Origin: Chloroflexia bacterium
GTDB lineage: Bacteria; Chloroflexota; Chloroflexia; QHBQ01; JAICKM01
Direction of reading: 5' to 3'
Assembly: GCA_038228295.1 (NCBI GenBank)
Contig: JBBRPH010000021.1
Coordinates: forward strand, 9,954 to 73,953
Length of the DNA: 64,000 bases
The position numbers were made by a program, and so were the translations under genes. The notes beneath the pieces were generated by a model. That model saw only the letters and a list, made by a program, of their open reading frames with translations. It was not told the DNA's origin and searched no databases. Of this stretch, positions 7,050-16,273 are shown piece by piece (position 1 is the first letter of the stretch; every line of letters starts with the position of its first letter).

Positions 7050-9554
7050 TTAGATCACGGGTAAGTCAGCGGGTTGCGCCACCGGCAACGGCAGGACCAC
7101 TGTCGGCTCGCCGATCACTTCAGGAGCCAGGGCACTACCGTCTTCGGCCACGCGAACCAAGATGCCCTGACCGGGTCGCGCCGCACCGCGCAGCAACAGC
7201 TTGCTGATCGGCGTTTCCAGGGCGCGCTGGATCTCACGCTTCAGCGGACGTGCGCCAAAGGTGCGGTCGTAGCCGCGCTCGGCCAGCCAGGTGCGCGCCT
7301 CGTCGGTTAGTTCCAGCGACAGCCCTTGCGTCAACACGCGCCCAGCTAGTTCGCGGATCTGGATGTCCACGATTTGGCGTAGTTCATCCAGACTGAGCGG
7401 GCTGAACAGTATGACATCGTCAATCCGGTTCAGGAACTCCGGGCGGAATGCCTCTTTCATGGCGCGGTCCACGCGACTGCGCGCTTCGGCCATTTCGTTG
7501 CGCGTGTCGGCAATGCCTTTCGGCGTGTGGAAGCCCAAGCCGCCGTTTTGCGGCAGGAACTGCGTACCGATATTGCTAGTCAGGATGATCAGCGTGTTGC
7601 GGAAGTCCACCGTGCGGCCGTGACCGTCAGTGAGCCGCCCGTCGTCCAGCACCTGCAACAGCGCGTTGAACACTTCGGGGTGGGCTTTCTCGATCTCATC
7701 GAACAGCACCACCTGATAGGGGCGGCGGCGCACCGCTTCGGTCAGTTGGCCGCCCTCATCGTAGCCGACATAGCCCGGCGGCGAGCCGATCAGGCGTGCC
7801 ACCGTATGTCGTTCGCCGTACTCGCTCATATCCACGCGCACAATCGCGTCTTCATCATCGAACATGAAGGCGGCCAGCGCCTTCGCCAGTTCGGTTTTGC
7901 CCACGCCCGTCGGGCCGACAAAGATGAACGACCCCATTGGGCGCTTCGGATCTTTGAGACCGGCACGCGCCCGACGAATAGCGTCGGACACAGCGGCAAT
8001 CGCCTCTTGCTGCCCGATCACTCGCTCGTGCAGGTGATCTTCCATGTCCACCAGTTTTTGCATCTCGTCGGCCAGCATCCGCTTCACTGGCACGCCGGTC
8101 CAGCGGGCCACCACATCGGCCACGTCTTCCTCGTCCACGATCTCATCCAGGTTGTGCTCGCGGAAAAAGTCGCCGCGCTTGCTGTTGAACTCTTCCTCAC
8201 GCAGCAGCAGTTCGGCTTTCAGGCGCGCCGCCTCGGCGTAGTCTTGGCGCTGACCGGCCTCTTCCATTTGCGCTTCCAGATCAGCCAGCAGCGTCTCCAG
8301 GTCGCGCACTTCAGGCGGCAAGCTGAACACTTCGAGGCGTACCTTCGCGGCGGCTTCGTCCATCAGGTCAATGGCCTTGTCGGGCAGGAAACGGTCCTGG
8401 ATATAGCGGGTGGACAGCCCTACCGCAGCATCCAGCGCCGCATCGGTGATTTTGAGGCCGTGATGTTCCTCATAGCGCGGGCGCAAGCCATGCAGGATCA
8501 GCAGCGCATCTTCCGCCGACGGCTGCTCCACGAACACGGTAGCGAAGCGCCGTTCCAGAGCCGCGTCTTTTTCGATATGCTTGCGGTACTCATCCAACGT
8601 GGTTGCGCCAATGCACTGCAACTCGCCGCGCGCCAGGGCGGGCTTGAGCATATTGGTCGCATCCAGCGCGCCTTCGGCCGCCCCGGCCCCGACGACAGTG
8701 TGCAGTTCGTCAATAAAGAGGATAACCTCTTTGGCCGCCTGCTTCACCTCGTCCATGACCGCTTTCAGCCGCTCCTCGAACTCACCGCGGAAGCGGCTAC
8801 CCGCCACCAGCGCGCCCATATCGAGCGCCAGCACACGCTTGCCACGCAACAGTTGCGGCACGCTGCCGGCGGCGATCTGCTGGGCCAGCCCTTCGACGAT
8901 GGCGGTCTTACCCACGCCCGGCTCGCCGATCAGCACCGGGTTGTTTTTGGTGCGTCGGCATAGCACCTGCATCACGCGCCGGATCTCGGCATCGCGCCCG
9001 ATCACCGGGTCGAGTTGGCCTTCGCGGGCCATGCGGGTCAGATCGTGGCTATAGCGTTCGAGCGCTTGGTAACGCCCGTCGGCGTTGGGGTCGGTGATGC
9101 GGGCATTGCCGCGAATCTCTTGCAATGCTGTGCTAACACCGGCTTGGTCCACGTTGATCTCGCCTAACAGGCGGGCCGCCGTGCCGCCGCGCTCGGCGGT
9201 AATCGCTAGGAACAGATGCTCCACGCCGATAAACTCATCGCCCAACTTGGCCGCTTCTTCGGCGGCGGCGCTGACCACACGCTGGGCCCGCATACTGATG
9301 TGGATTTGCGCCAGCCCGCTGTAGCTAGAATAGAGCCGTGGGCTGCTGTTCAACTGATCGTCGAGTTTGCGAGCCAGGGCCCGTGGGTCGCCGTTCAGCT
9401 TTTCGATAATCTTGGAGATCAAGCCGTCGCGCGGCTTGAGCAGCGCCAGCAAAATATGCTCCACATCCAGTTGGCTATGGCGCTTCTGCTGGACAATTTC
9501 CTGCGCGTTCCGCAGGGCTTCCTGCGCGCGCTCGGTAAATCCGTTATTTGGCAT
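7050..9554 (-). CDS. Class III heat-shock Clp/Hsp100 ATPase with two AAA+ modules (ClpC-type short middle domain; ClpB/ClpC family)
   Basis: N-terminal Clp_N repeats are present. Walker A motifs are GEPGVGKT and [10 protein letters not shown] short linker carries a UVR-like motif ([21 protein letters not shown]). Sensor motifs and the C-terminal D2-small domain are present. Confidence 0.9.
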   Translation of the reverse strand: MPNNGFTERAQEALRNAQEIVQQKRHSQLDVEHILLALLKPRDGLISKIIEKLNGDPRALARKLDDQLNSSPRLYSSYSGLAQIHISMRAQRVVSAAAEEAAKLGDEFIGVEHLFLAITAERGGTAARLLGEINVDQAGVSTALQEIRGNARITDPNADGRYQALERYSHDLTRMAREGQLDPVIGRDAEIRRVMQVLCRRTKNNPVLIGEPGVGKTAIVEGLAQQIAAGSVPQLLRGKRVLALDMGALVAGSRFRGEFEERLKAVMDEVKQAAKEVILFIDELHTVVGAGAAEGALDATNMLKPALARGELQCIGATTLDEYRKHIEKDAALERRFATVFVEQPSAEDALLILHGLRPRYEEHHGLKITDAALDAAVGLSTRYIQDRFLPDKAIDLMDEAAAKVRLEVFSLPPEVRDLETLLADLEAQMEEAGQRQDYAEAARLKAELLLREEEFNSKRGDFFREHNLDEIVDEEDVADVVARWTGVPVKRMLADEMQKLVDMEDHLHERVIGQQEAIAAVSDAIRRARAGLKDPKRPMGSFIFVGPTGVGKTELAKALAAFMFDDEDAIVRVDMSEYGERHTVARLIGSPPGYVGYDEGGQLTEAVRRRPYQVVLFDEIEKAHPEVFNALLQVLDDGRLTDGHGRTVDFRNTLIILTSNIGTQFLPQNGGLGFHTPKGIADTRNEMAEARSRVDRAMKEAFRPEFLNRIDDVILFSPLSLDELRQIVDIQIRELAGRVLTQGLSLELTDEARTWLAERGYDRTFGARPLKREIQRALETPISKLLLRGAARPGQGILVRVAEDGSALAPEVIGEPTVVLPLPVAQPADLPVI

Positions 9555-9748
9555 GGACTATCTTTCTGATACACCGGCCTGTGGGCAGGCCCGGCATACC
9601 CCCTATAAATTGCCGCGTCCAAAGGCGTTACCGCCCCACTAAAGTATACGCAACTTGGATTGGTCCGGTGCTGTAAAGTTACTGATCAATATTACGAAGA
9701 TTGTAGCTCTTCGGTAACGGTCCAACTTCACGTCACTTAATCCAGCCG

Positions 9749-10057
9749 CTACATATCTATGTCTAATTCCCGCCGTATCACAGCAAGTTCACGGTGCAAA
9801 TCGAGGATCAGTTGGCGCATATGCAAGATCACTTCCGCGCCCGCCAGATTCACGCCTAGTTCGCTGGTCAGTCGTTGCATCACGCGGATGCGCTCCAGGT
9901 CGCGGTCAGAGTAGAGGCGGATATTGCCCCGGCTGCGGCGCGGTTCGATCAGCCCCTCGCGTTCATAGAGGCGCAAGGTCTGCGGATGTACGCCCAGCAC
10001 CTGGGCCGCGATGCTGATCACATAGCGCGGCTCTTCGTCAGGAATCGCAGGCATCAT
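9749..10057 (-). CDS. hspR: MerR-family heat-shock repressor HspR
   Basis: YVISIAAQVLGVHPQTLRLYEREGLIEPRRSRGNIRLYSDRDLERIRVMQRL is the HspR-type MerR helix-turn-helix. The start overlaps the dnaJ stop (ATGA at 10054-10057). Confidence 0.85.
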   Translation of the reverse strand: MMPAIPDEEPRYVISIAAQVLGVHPQTLRLYEREGLIEPRRSRGNIRLYSDRDLERIRVMQRLTSELGVNLAGAEVILHMRQLILDLHRELAVIRRELDIDM

Positions 10058-11130
10058 CCGCCGGCCTCCTGCGGCTCGGTAAGCGCCCGCAGTTGCTCAA
10101 ACAACGCTTTTTCCTCGTCACTCAGACTTTTCGGCAATTGCGCTTCGGTTTTCACCAGAAGATCACCGCGCTTAGTTGCGTCCCCCAGCTTGGGCATCCC
10201 CTGCCCTTTGAGCCGGATCACCCGCCCGTTCTGCGTGTCGGGCGGGATATTAAGCGCCAGACTGGTGCCTTTCAGCGTCGGCACGCGCACCTCGCCACCT
10301 AGGATCATCGTGTACAGCGGCACCGGCACGCTCAGGCTCAGATCGTCGCCTTTACGCTCATAGCGCATATGTGGTAACACGGTAACCACCAGGAACAGGT
10401 CACCGCGCGGCTGGCCGGGCGCGCCGGGGCTGCCTTCGCCGCGCACGCGCACCTTCGCGCCGCTATGCACGCCGGCCGGGATTTTCACCTCGATGGTTTT
10501 GAGGCGCGTAGTCACGCCGCTGCCGCCACAGGTGGGACAAGCCCGTCCGTTCTGCACACCGCTACCATTGCAGGTGGGGCAATGGTCCTCGACCTGCATT
10601 TGTAGGTTGCGCGCCGTGCCGCTAAACGCCTCTTCCAGCGTAATCTCGACCGGATGCTCAAAGTCGGAGCCGCGCCGCGCCACGCGCCGGCCCGCGCCAC
10701 CGAACGGATCGCCCGCTATACCAGGGACACCGCCGGGATTAGCCATACCGCCACGCGCGCCCATGCCGCCGAACAGGTTCTCGAAAAAGTCGCTGAAGCC
10801 TTCGCTGCTAACGGTGCCGGCGCCATAACTGCGCGCGCCGGGAGCGCCGGCACCTCCGTAACGGCTGAAATCGAAATCGCCGGGCGATCCGCCCATCTTT
10901 TCGTACTGCTCCCAGTCGGAGCCGAAGCGGTCGTATTTCTTGCGCTTATCGGCATCGCTGAGGACTTCATAGGCTTCGTTGATCTCTTTGAACTTGGCCT
11001 CAGCAGTATTGTCGTTAGGATTCACATCGGGATGATATTTGCGCGCCATTTTGCGATAGGCCGAGCGCACCTCGCCTTCGCTCGCGTCGCGTTTCAGCCC
11101 CAACGTGGAGTAATAATCTTTAACTTGCAT
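10054..11130 (-). CDS. dnaJ: DnaJ-family co-chaperone with a shortened zinc-finger domain (two rather than four CxxCxGxG)
   Basis: J domain reads DYYSTLGL....EVRSAYRKMARKYHPDVNP. A G/F-rich region follows. Only CPTCNGSG and CPTCGGSG are present, followed by the C-terminal substrate-binding domains. Confidence 0.85.
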   Translation of the reverse strand: MQVKDYYSTLGLKRDASEGEVRSAYRKMARKYHPDVNPNDNTAEAKFKEINEAYEVLSDADKRKKYDRFGSDWEQYEKMGGSPGDFDFSRYGGAGAPGARSYGAGTVSSEGFSDFFENLFGGMGARGGMANPGGVPGIAGDPFGGAGRRVARRGSDFEHPVEITLEEAFSGTARNLQMQVEDHCPTCNGSGVQNGRACPTCGGSGVTTRLKTIEVKIPAGVHSGAKVRVRGEGSPGAPGQPRGDLFLVVTVLPHMRYERKGDDLSLSVPVPLYTMILGGEVRVPTLKGTSLALNIPPDTQNGRVIRLKGQGMPKLGDATKRGDLLVKTEAQLPKSLSDEEKALFEQLRALTEPQEAGG

Positions 11131-11183
11131 TGCGCTCCACCTCTGCCCGGTCTTATGCTACCCCAGGCAGCCTTCATGTGATT

Positions 11184-11213
11184 TCTTTGCTAGATTATAG
11201 CGGCTTGATAAAA
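11184..11213 (-). promoter_or_regulatory. Sigma70-type promoter of dnaJ-hspR, overlapped by a HAIR-like inverted repeat
   Basis: Minus strand reads TTGACA (11213-11208), an 18-nt spacer, then TATAAT (11189-11184). GTTGACA-N7-TATCAAG (11214-11194) resembles the HspR operator CTTGAGT-N7-ACTCAAG only in its TTGA/TCAAG core. Confidence 0.5.
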
Positions 11214-11274
11214 GTGTTGTCAACATTGCCGGACGAGTTTTGTATTGGACTTGTGTTAGAGTTTCCACCTTCAG

Positions 11275-12546
11275 CTAGGGCGCGCCGATAGGGGGCGATG
11301 GGGTTTCCGGGTAGGGCTGTTCACCGATCAAGCGGCGCAGGGACCAGCCGACAGTCAGCAGAATCCAGAGTCCGGTGGGGGCCAGCGGCCAACCGCTGGC
11401 GGCCAAACTCAGCAGTGTCACCCCCCAACCCAACCAGAGCCAAGCGATCATCCGGCGGTCGTGGTCGGCAATAGCACCGGCCGCTAAAATCCAGCCGGGC
11501 ACCAGGATCAGAGTCAGATCGTGTAGCAGCAGATAGGGGGTGATGAGTTGGTGTGCGAGGAGGGACACAGCCCAGCGCCGACTCCAAGCCGGATTATCCG
11601 GCTGCCAGCGACCACCACCGAGCCGTGGGCTTAACCAGAGTGCGCCCACCAGCAGCAAAGACAGCCCCATCAGCCCCAATGCGAGTAAATTGGCGTTGGG
11701 CGTATCGCCGAGCAGGCGCACCACCTGTCCGCGCCAATTCTCCATGCCGCTCGGCACCAGCGTCGGATCAGAGGGATAGCCGCCCACGCTAAGTACGAGC
11801 CGTATATAGCGCAGCGGCCAATCCAGCCCCAGGAACGGCATAAGGGCGATACTGAAGCTGCCCAGCGTGAGTGTCAGCGCGCCCAACGCCCGCCGGCGCC
11901 GCATGATCAGCAGTACAAAGATGGGGACCAGTACGGCCTGGGGTTTGATGGCACCCAACGCCAGAGCGATCCCCGCCGCCCCGTCACGGCCCCGGCGCAA
12001 GGCCACAGCGGCCGCCGCCCAACTCAGCAACAGCAAAAGGCTGCTTTGCCCTATAAGCAGGGTTTCAAAAACCGGAAAGAAGCTGAGTGCTGCTAACCCT
12101 GCGAGCAGACGGTCGCGCCGTTGCACCGGCCAGCCATGCGCTAGTAGCCGGAGACTTGCGCCCAGCAGAGCCAGCCCTAAAAGCGTCCAGGCGGCAAAAA
12201 TCAAGGGGTACGTGAGATGGGCGGCCAGCAGCGGAGCCAGCAGCAGCGGTTCAAGCGGCAGGTGGACAAAAGGCAACACCCGTACCAGCCCCAAATGACC
12301 CGCTTGCAGAATCGCCCTTTGGGCCGTAGCCTGAGTCGCACGGTCGTAAAGCCGGCTAGGCTGGTCACTACTAATGATCCAGGCACCACTAAGGTTCGAG
12401 AGGAGATCGCCCGCGACTACATAGGCCACCGGGCCACCGCGTTGCTGGATCGTCAGCCCCGCCAACACGATATACAGGCCCAGCAAGGTGAGGCTGAGGC
12501 CCACGCCCAACCGGCGGGCGACACGGGGTAATAGGATCACGTACAC
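11275..12546 (-). CDS. GT87/DUF2029-like polytopic glycosyltransferase, paralog A
   Basis: About 10 TM segments. LYDRATQATAQ loop, GAIKPQAVLVP motif and C-terminal RRWAVSLL...HD, all shared with four downstream paralogs. Confidence 0.65.
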   Translation of the reverse strand: MYVILLPRVARRLGVGLSLTLLGLYIVLAGLTIQQRGGPVAYVVAGDLLSNLSGAWIISSDQPSRLYDRATQATAQRAILQAGHLGLVRVLPFVHLPLEPLLLAPLLAAHLTYPLIFAAWTLLGLALLGASLRLLAHGWPVQRRDRLLAGLAALSFFPVFETLLIGQSSLLLLLSWAAAAVALRRGRDGAAGIALALGAIKPQAVLVPIFVLLIMRRRRALGALTLTLGSFSIALMPFLGLDWPLRYIRLVLSVGGYPSDPTLVPSGMENWRGQVVRLLGDTPNANLLALGLMGLSLLLVGALWLSPRLGGGRWQPDNPAWSRRWAVSLLAHQLITPYLLLHDLTLILVPGWILAAGAIADHDRRMIAWLWLGWGVTLLSLAASGWPLAPTGLWILLTVGWSLRRLIGEQPYPETPSPPIGAP

Positions 12547-12612
12547 CTCACGGCGCTACTCTTCCTGTTGTGGCGGCTGCACCGGGCCTATTATATACCA
12601 CAGCGCTGGATC

Positions 12613-12641
12613 TTGCAGGCTTTGATGCAGCGTGCTATAGT
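12613..12641 (+). promoter_or_regulatory. Candidate sigma70 promoter for the zinc-ribbon gene pair
   Basis: TTGCAG (12613-12618), 17-nt spacer, TATAGT (12636-12641), about 60 nt upstream of the ATG at 12702. Confidence 0.45.
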
Positions 12642-12701
12642 GTCCGCGTGGCTGTTGCCACCTACACCCGGCGGCAAACCCTGCACTAGTAAGGGGACTC
12701 G

Positions 12702-13106
12702 ATGACCATGGATCGGCGTAAGCGCACCCGCTACACGCTAGTGCTTTCGGCCCTACTGCTCAGTCTGAGCAGTGTTTGCTTCTATGCTGCTGTACTCAGC
12801 CCATTGCTGCACGACCTATTCTTCAGCAGCCGGCCTAGTGCGCGGCAATTAGCGCGCTATAATTATGCTCTGGGCTGGGGTATCGGCTTTATTGTGCTGA
12901 TCCTGGTGTTCTCCGCGATCACCCTGATCCTAACGGGCAGCGAAATGGTGATCCGGCGGGTGCGCCAAACCCTGCTAATCTGCCCGCACTGTGCGGCGTT
13001 GGACGGTGGGGCGACGGGGCGGTTTCGCCGCAGCCCGGTTAAAGGCACCGGCTGGGAGGAAGTCGCGTGTTCCACCTGTCGCCATACGTGGTATGTGCAG
13101 CCGTAA
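12702..13106 (+). CDS. 2-TM membrane protein with a C-terminal CxxC...CxxC zinc ribbon, paralog 1
   Basis: Two hydrophobic helices, then CPHC-x25-GTGWEEVACSTCRHTW. It is similar to the next gene. Confidence 0.55.
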   Translation: MTMDRRKRTRYTLVLSALLLSLSSVCFYAAVLSPLLHDLFFSSRPSARQLARYNYALGWGIGFIVLILVFSAITLILTGSEMVIRRVRQTLLICPHCAALDGGATGRFRRSPVKGTGWEEVACSTCRHTWYVQP

Positions 13107-13136
13107 CCTTGCCCGTTAGCCGAGAGATGACTGACT

Positions 13137-13634
13137 ATGGATGCTCAGAAGCCGGATGATAAGATCAGCGTGCGCGCTACACCGCCTACAGCGGGTGGGC
13201 CGTCCGGCAGCCCGCCGCGACGCAATCCGCCCAACGCCGTCTCGCGCCAATATATGGAAGACCATCCGATCCTAATTCCCGTGGTAACTCTGCTTGTCGG
13301 CGGTCTATGCCTCTACGCCACGCTGTTCACTACCGCCTTCCGCGATCTGCAATTGGGGTCCAATCCCCTAGCCGGCAACGTGGGCGCGTACAACGGCATG
13401 ATCGGCTATATTGATGCCTTTGTCATCGGCCTCATGTTTCTGTCGCTGATTTTCCTCGGCATCCACGGGGTGGAGCGAGGGCTGCATCGCCTGCGGCGGC
13501 GCGCCCGTGTGTGCCCGCGCTGTGCCGCCGCCGAGGTCGGCCGTGCCCGCTTCTCCGCTGTCACCATCGCGGGCACCGGTTGGGATGAAGTGACCTGCCC
13601 GGCCTGTGGGCACCAGTGGCACGCGAAAACGTAA
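13137..13634 (+). CDS. 2-TM membrane protein with a C-terminal CxxC...CxxC zinc ribbon, paralog 2
   Basis: Two hydrophobic helices, then CPRC-x22-GTGWDEVTCPACGHQW. The GTGW(D/E)EV.C..C.H.W signature is shared with paralog 1. Confidence 0.55.
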   Translation: MDAQKPDDKISVRATPPTAGGPSGSPPRRNPPNAVSRQYMEDHPILIPVVTLLVGGLCLYATLFTTAFRDLQLGSNPLAGNVGAYNGMIGYIDAFVIGLMFLSLIFLGIHGVERGLHRLRRRARVCPRCAAAEVGRARFSAVTIAGTGWDEVTCPACGHQWHAKT

Positions 13635-13685
13635 TGGGTAAATTGCGATTGTGATCTAATGAAGTTGCATCACGCATTACGTTTT
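13626..13685. terminator. Inverted repeat between convergent genes (bidirectional terminator-like)
   Basis: AAAACGTAATG (13626-13636) pairs with CATTACGTTTT (13675-13685). Each arm contains the stop codon of one of the convergent genes. An inner GTGAT/ATCAC stem is also present. Confidence 0.45.
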
Positions 13686-14858
13686 ACGCAACGGCCACAG
13701 ACCCGCTGCCAGCGCGCCGAGCGTCCAGAGGGTGGCGAGCAGGGGCAGCGCGACGGGGGCAAGGACGCTGACGAAGCCGAGGCTGTAGCCCGCACCTAAC
13801 CCGGCAATCCAGCCGCGACGAGCGCGCGGCGACAGCAAGCCGGTGGCGGCGTGGGTGCCGAAGATCCAGCCGGGAACGATGCCCAGCAGGAGCAACGGTG
13901 GGCCAAACGCGGCCAGGGCTAATCCGACCAACAGTAGGCTGACGGCCCAGCGCCGGTCCCAGGCGACCGGCAATAGATCGCCGACGGGCACAGACCACCA
14001 GAGGGCGCCGACCGCACCCGCCGGTAGCGCCGCTAGCGCCCACGCCGCCCCAGCAGGAAGCGCACCCGGCGTAATCTCCAGCAGGGCCAGGTACTGCCCC
14101 GGCCAAGCACTACCCAACAAGGGCGTCACGACCAAGCAGCCTGCAACCAGGATGCCCGCCAGCGCCACCAATGCGCGCGGGCGGCGCGCCACGATCAGCA
14201 GCAGCGCCAGCGCCGGCAAGCTGGGCGCGTGCAGGGCGACCAACCCGCCTAGCAGGCCGGCCAGGACATCGTGCCGCCCTTTCAAGCCGACCGTCACCCC
14301 TACCCAGCCCAAGAGGACCAGCACCCCGCTCTGCCCCAGCATTAACGAGGAAATCAGCGGCAGAAATGAAGTAGCGGCCAACATTAGCAGCCAGGGGGTG
14401 CCCTGTGCCGTGGGCCAGCCGCCCGCCAACAAGCCGATACACAGGCCCGCCGCCGTAGTGGTCAGCATGGCCCACGCGGTGAACAGCCCGGTCGGCGATA
14501 AGCCGAGCTGCACTAGCGGGGCTAGCGCCACAGCGGCGAACGGCGGGTCGGTATAGGCCGGTGGGTCGGCCGGCGGCGCGTCACCGGCCGCCAGAGACGC
14601 CTGCGCCGCAGCCTGGGCGCCCGGATCGTAGAGGTGTGGCCCGTCGCCTGCGGCCACCAGGGTTGCGCCGATCATTGTCGCCACAAAGGGGCTGCGGCGC
14701 ACATAGCCGGCCGCCCCACCCATGCCCTGCACCATGCCGCTCCACAACACACCGTAGCCGATCAACAACAGCAGACAGATCGCCGCCCCCAAGCGCGTGC
14801 CACAACCGCCCAAGCCGAAACCGCTGACCCTTATTGGGGATGGGGGAGGGCGATCCAT
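13677..14858 (-). CDS. GT87/DUF2029-like membrane protein, paralog B (signature motifs degenerate)
   Basis: Same topology, with LYDPGAQAAAQ and DRRWAVSLL blocks. It reads LHAPSLP where paralogs have (I/V)KP(Q/H), and it lacks the C-terminal H.HD. The ATG at 14858 is preferred over the ORF start at 14999, which overlaps the upstream gene. Confidence 0.6.
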   Translation of the reverse strand: MDRPPPSPIRVSGFGLGGCGTRLGAAICLLLLIGYGVLWSGMVQGMGGAAGYVRRSPFVATMIGATLVAAGDGPHLYDPGAQAAAQASLAAGDAPPADPPAYTDPPFAAVALAPLVQLGLSPTGLFTAWAMLTTTAAGLCIGLLAGGWPTAQGTPWLLMLAATSFLPLISSLMLGQSGVLVLLGWVGVTVGLKGRHDVLAGLLGGLVALHAPSLPALALLLIVARRPRALVALAGILVAGCLVVTPLLGSAWPGQYLALLEITPGALPAGAAWALAALPAGAVGALWWSVPVGDLLPVAWDRRWAVSLLLVGLALAAFGPPLLLLGIVPGWIFGTHAATGLLSPRARRGWIAGLGAGYSLGFVSVLAPVALPLLATLWTLGALAAGLWPLRKT

Positions 14859-16273
14859 GCTTCTCTTTCCAGTGCGGCGGTGCGCGCCGTGGCGCGCAAT
14901 TCCGCCACGATCCAGGCCAATATCAACCCGCTCCCCCACAACGCCAACCGGGCATCGGGCAGCAGCCACAACGGCCAGGCTCCGATCCAGCCGCCCCACA
15001 AGCAGGCGAACCCTGCCACCCGCCGTGCCGGCGGCATCGTCGCCACTACCGCCGGCGTGTAGAGATAACGCAACACCGCCGCCGCCGGCACAATACCGAT
15101 CAGCAGGTCATGCACATGGATATGCGGCGTGAACCACGGCGTAAGTAGCAGGGTCAACGCCCAGCGGAGTTCCCAGGCGGGGGCGCGTGAAGCATGAAAC
15201 ATGAAACGTGAAACGTAAGACGTAAAGCGTGCTGTATAACGCTTGACTCCCGACGACGGCACAACGATCCGCGCCGGGGGTTCCCGATCCCCAGCGTGCG
15301 GATCACCAACCCCCGACCAGGCCCAGGCGCCCAAAGCCAGCGCAGCCAGGGGGCCTGCGAGCAGCAGTAGCTGGGCCGGCGCGCCTTGCAAATGCAGCGT
15401 AGCCTCGATCCAGGCGCGCCAGGTTTGCACTTGCGGCAGGTTTTCGTAGCCGGCATAGGCGGGGCTTTGCAGGAGGCGAACATAATCGGGCAGCACACCG
15501 AAGCCGGTAAGCGGCAACGGCATGAGCAACAGCAGCGTCCCCGCCCCGGCCGTAGCGGCCAGCGCCCAACCGCGTCCGGTCCGTGCCAACGCCAGCAGCG
15601 GCAGGATCAGCAAGTGCGGCTTGACACTGACCAAGGCCAGTGCCACGCCGGCGCGGCGATCCCAGCCCCAGGCCAGGGCGACGGTCGCTAGGGCGAGGCC
15701 CAGCGTCACCAGCGCGCTGGTCTGGCCCAGCAAGAGTGTGCGCCAGAAGGGCAAGAAACCCAACGGGGCCAACATAAAGGCCATCCCAGCCAGGGGCGGT
15801 GGGCGCGCCCAAGCCACCAGCACGGCCGCCGCTGCCAGGGTCATTGCCGCGCAGGCGGCAACCCAAATCAGGAAGCCCCGGCCTAACGGCAGTCCGGCCA
15901 GCGGCTGAAGCAGCCCGGCAAACCACGGCGGATTAACAAACGGCACCGCCAGTGCCGGGTCATAGCGGGTACCCCACTCGTGGCGCTGCAATGCGCGTTG
16001 GGCTTCCAACTGGTAGAGGGCCGCGCCCTGCCCTTGCGCCAGTAAGCGAGCGGCGTTGACAAAGGCGGCATAGTCGGTGAACGGGTAAGTCGCCTGAGCG
16101 GGCGGCAGATCCGCCTCGCGCAACCGGTCGGTCAGCCAGGGTTCGTTTAGCCAGCCTAACCCCAGCGCCGCGCCCAGCAGCACTAGCACCGCCGCCGCCT
16201 GCCACGGCGATCCCGCCCCGCTATACACCGGCCACCAGCACCTGCCGTAGGTCCGCAGGCGGTCGTCGGCCAA
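14831..16273 (-). CDS. GT87/DUF2029-like polytopic glycosyltransferase, paralog C (carries an in-frame heptad-repeat insertion)
   Basis: VSVKPHLLILP motif and LRWALTLL...HIHVHD. An alternative GTG start at 16228 would give an 8-nt overlap with the upstream gene. Confidence 0.65.
   Translation of the reverse strand: MADDRLRTYGRCWWPVYSGAGSPWQAAAVLVLLGAALGLGWLNEPWLTDRLREADLPPAQATYPFTDYAAFVNAARLLAQGQGAALYQLEAQRALQRHEWGTRYDPALAVPFVNPPWFAGLLQPLAGLPLGRGFLIWVAACAAMTLAAAAVLVAWARPPPLAGMAFMLAPLGFLPFWRTLLLGQTSALVTLGLALATVALAWGWDRRAGVALALVSVKPHLLILPLLALARTGRGWALAATAGAGTLLLLMPLPLTGFGVLPDYVRLLQSPAYAGYENLPQVQTWRAWIEATLHLQGAPAQLLLLAGPLAALALGAWAWSGVGDPHAGDREPPARIVVPSSGVKRYTARFTSYVSRFMFHASRAPAWELRWALTLLLTPWFTPHIHVHDLLIGIVPAAAVLRYLYTPAVVATMPPARRVAGFACLWGGWIGAWPLWLLPDARLALWGSGLILAWIVAELRATARTAALEREAWIALPHPQ
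15186..15234 (+). repeat. Seven tandem heptads (CGTGAAG CATGAAA CATGAAA CGTGAAA CGTAAGA CGTAAAG CGTGCTG) inside the paralog C coding sequence
   Basis: Strict 7-nt periodicity read directly from the sequence. The stretch is a low-GC patch within a GC-rich gene. Confidence 0.85.

Noticed and set aside
7527-8963. A 478-aa ORF on the plus strand, antisense to the clp gene. Similar long antisense ORFs occur at 5512-6069, 5585-6160, 41112-41705, 43444-44091, 46347-46964 and 57459-58238.
   Set aside because: They lie entirely inside well-supported genes on the opposite strand. Their composition is Arg/Ala/Gly/Pro-rich and low in complexity, and they have no recognisable motifs. This is the typical stop-codon-poor antisense frame of GC-rich DNA.
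9555-9748. Expected HspR operator (HAIR) upstream of the clp gene.
   Set aside because: No CTTGAGT-N7-ACTCAAG-like inverted repeat is visible. Only unrelated short hairpins are present (GAAGA-N7-TCTTC and CCGGCCTG-TGGG-CAGGCC(C)GG).
14859-14999. N-terminal extensions of several ORFs in the supplied track: 13677-14999, 16221-17771, 51684-52520, 27433-30162, 41105-41692, 4205-4276 and 19550-19699.
   Set aside because: The extensions overlap the upstream gene or lack coding character. Internal ATGs with RBS-like sequences or ATGA/GTGA stop-start overlaps give products that begin at the expected signal, TM or domain start. I used the shorter coordinates.
15186-15234. Heptad tracts considered as a possible CRISPR-like or phase-variation array.
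   Set aside because: The units are 7 nt with no spacers, the arrays are at most 49 nt, and no cas genes are present, so this is not CRISPR. Phase variation cannot be judged from a single sequence, so it is left as a question in the findings.
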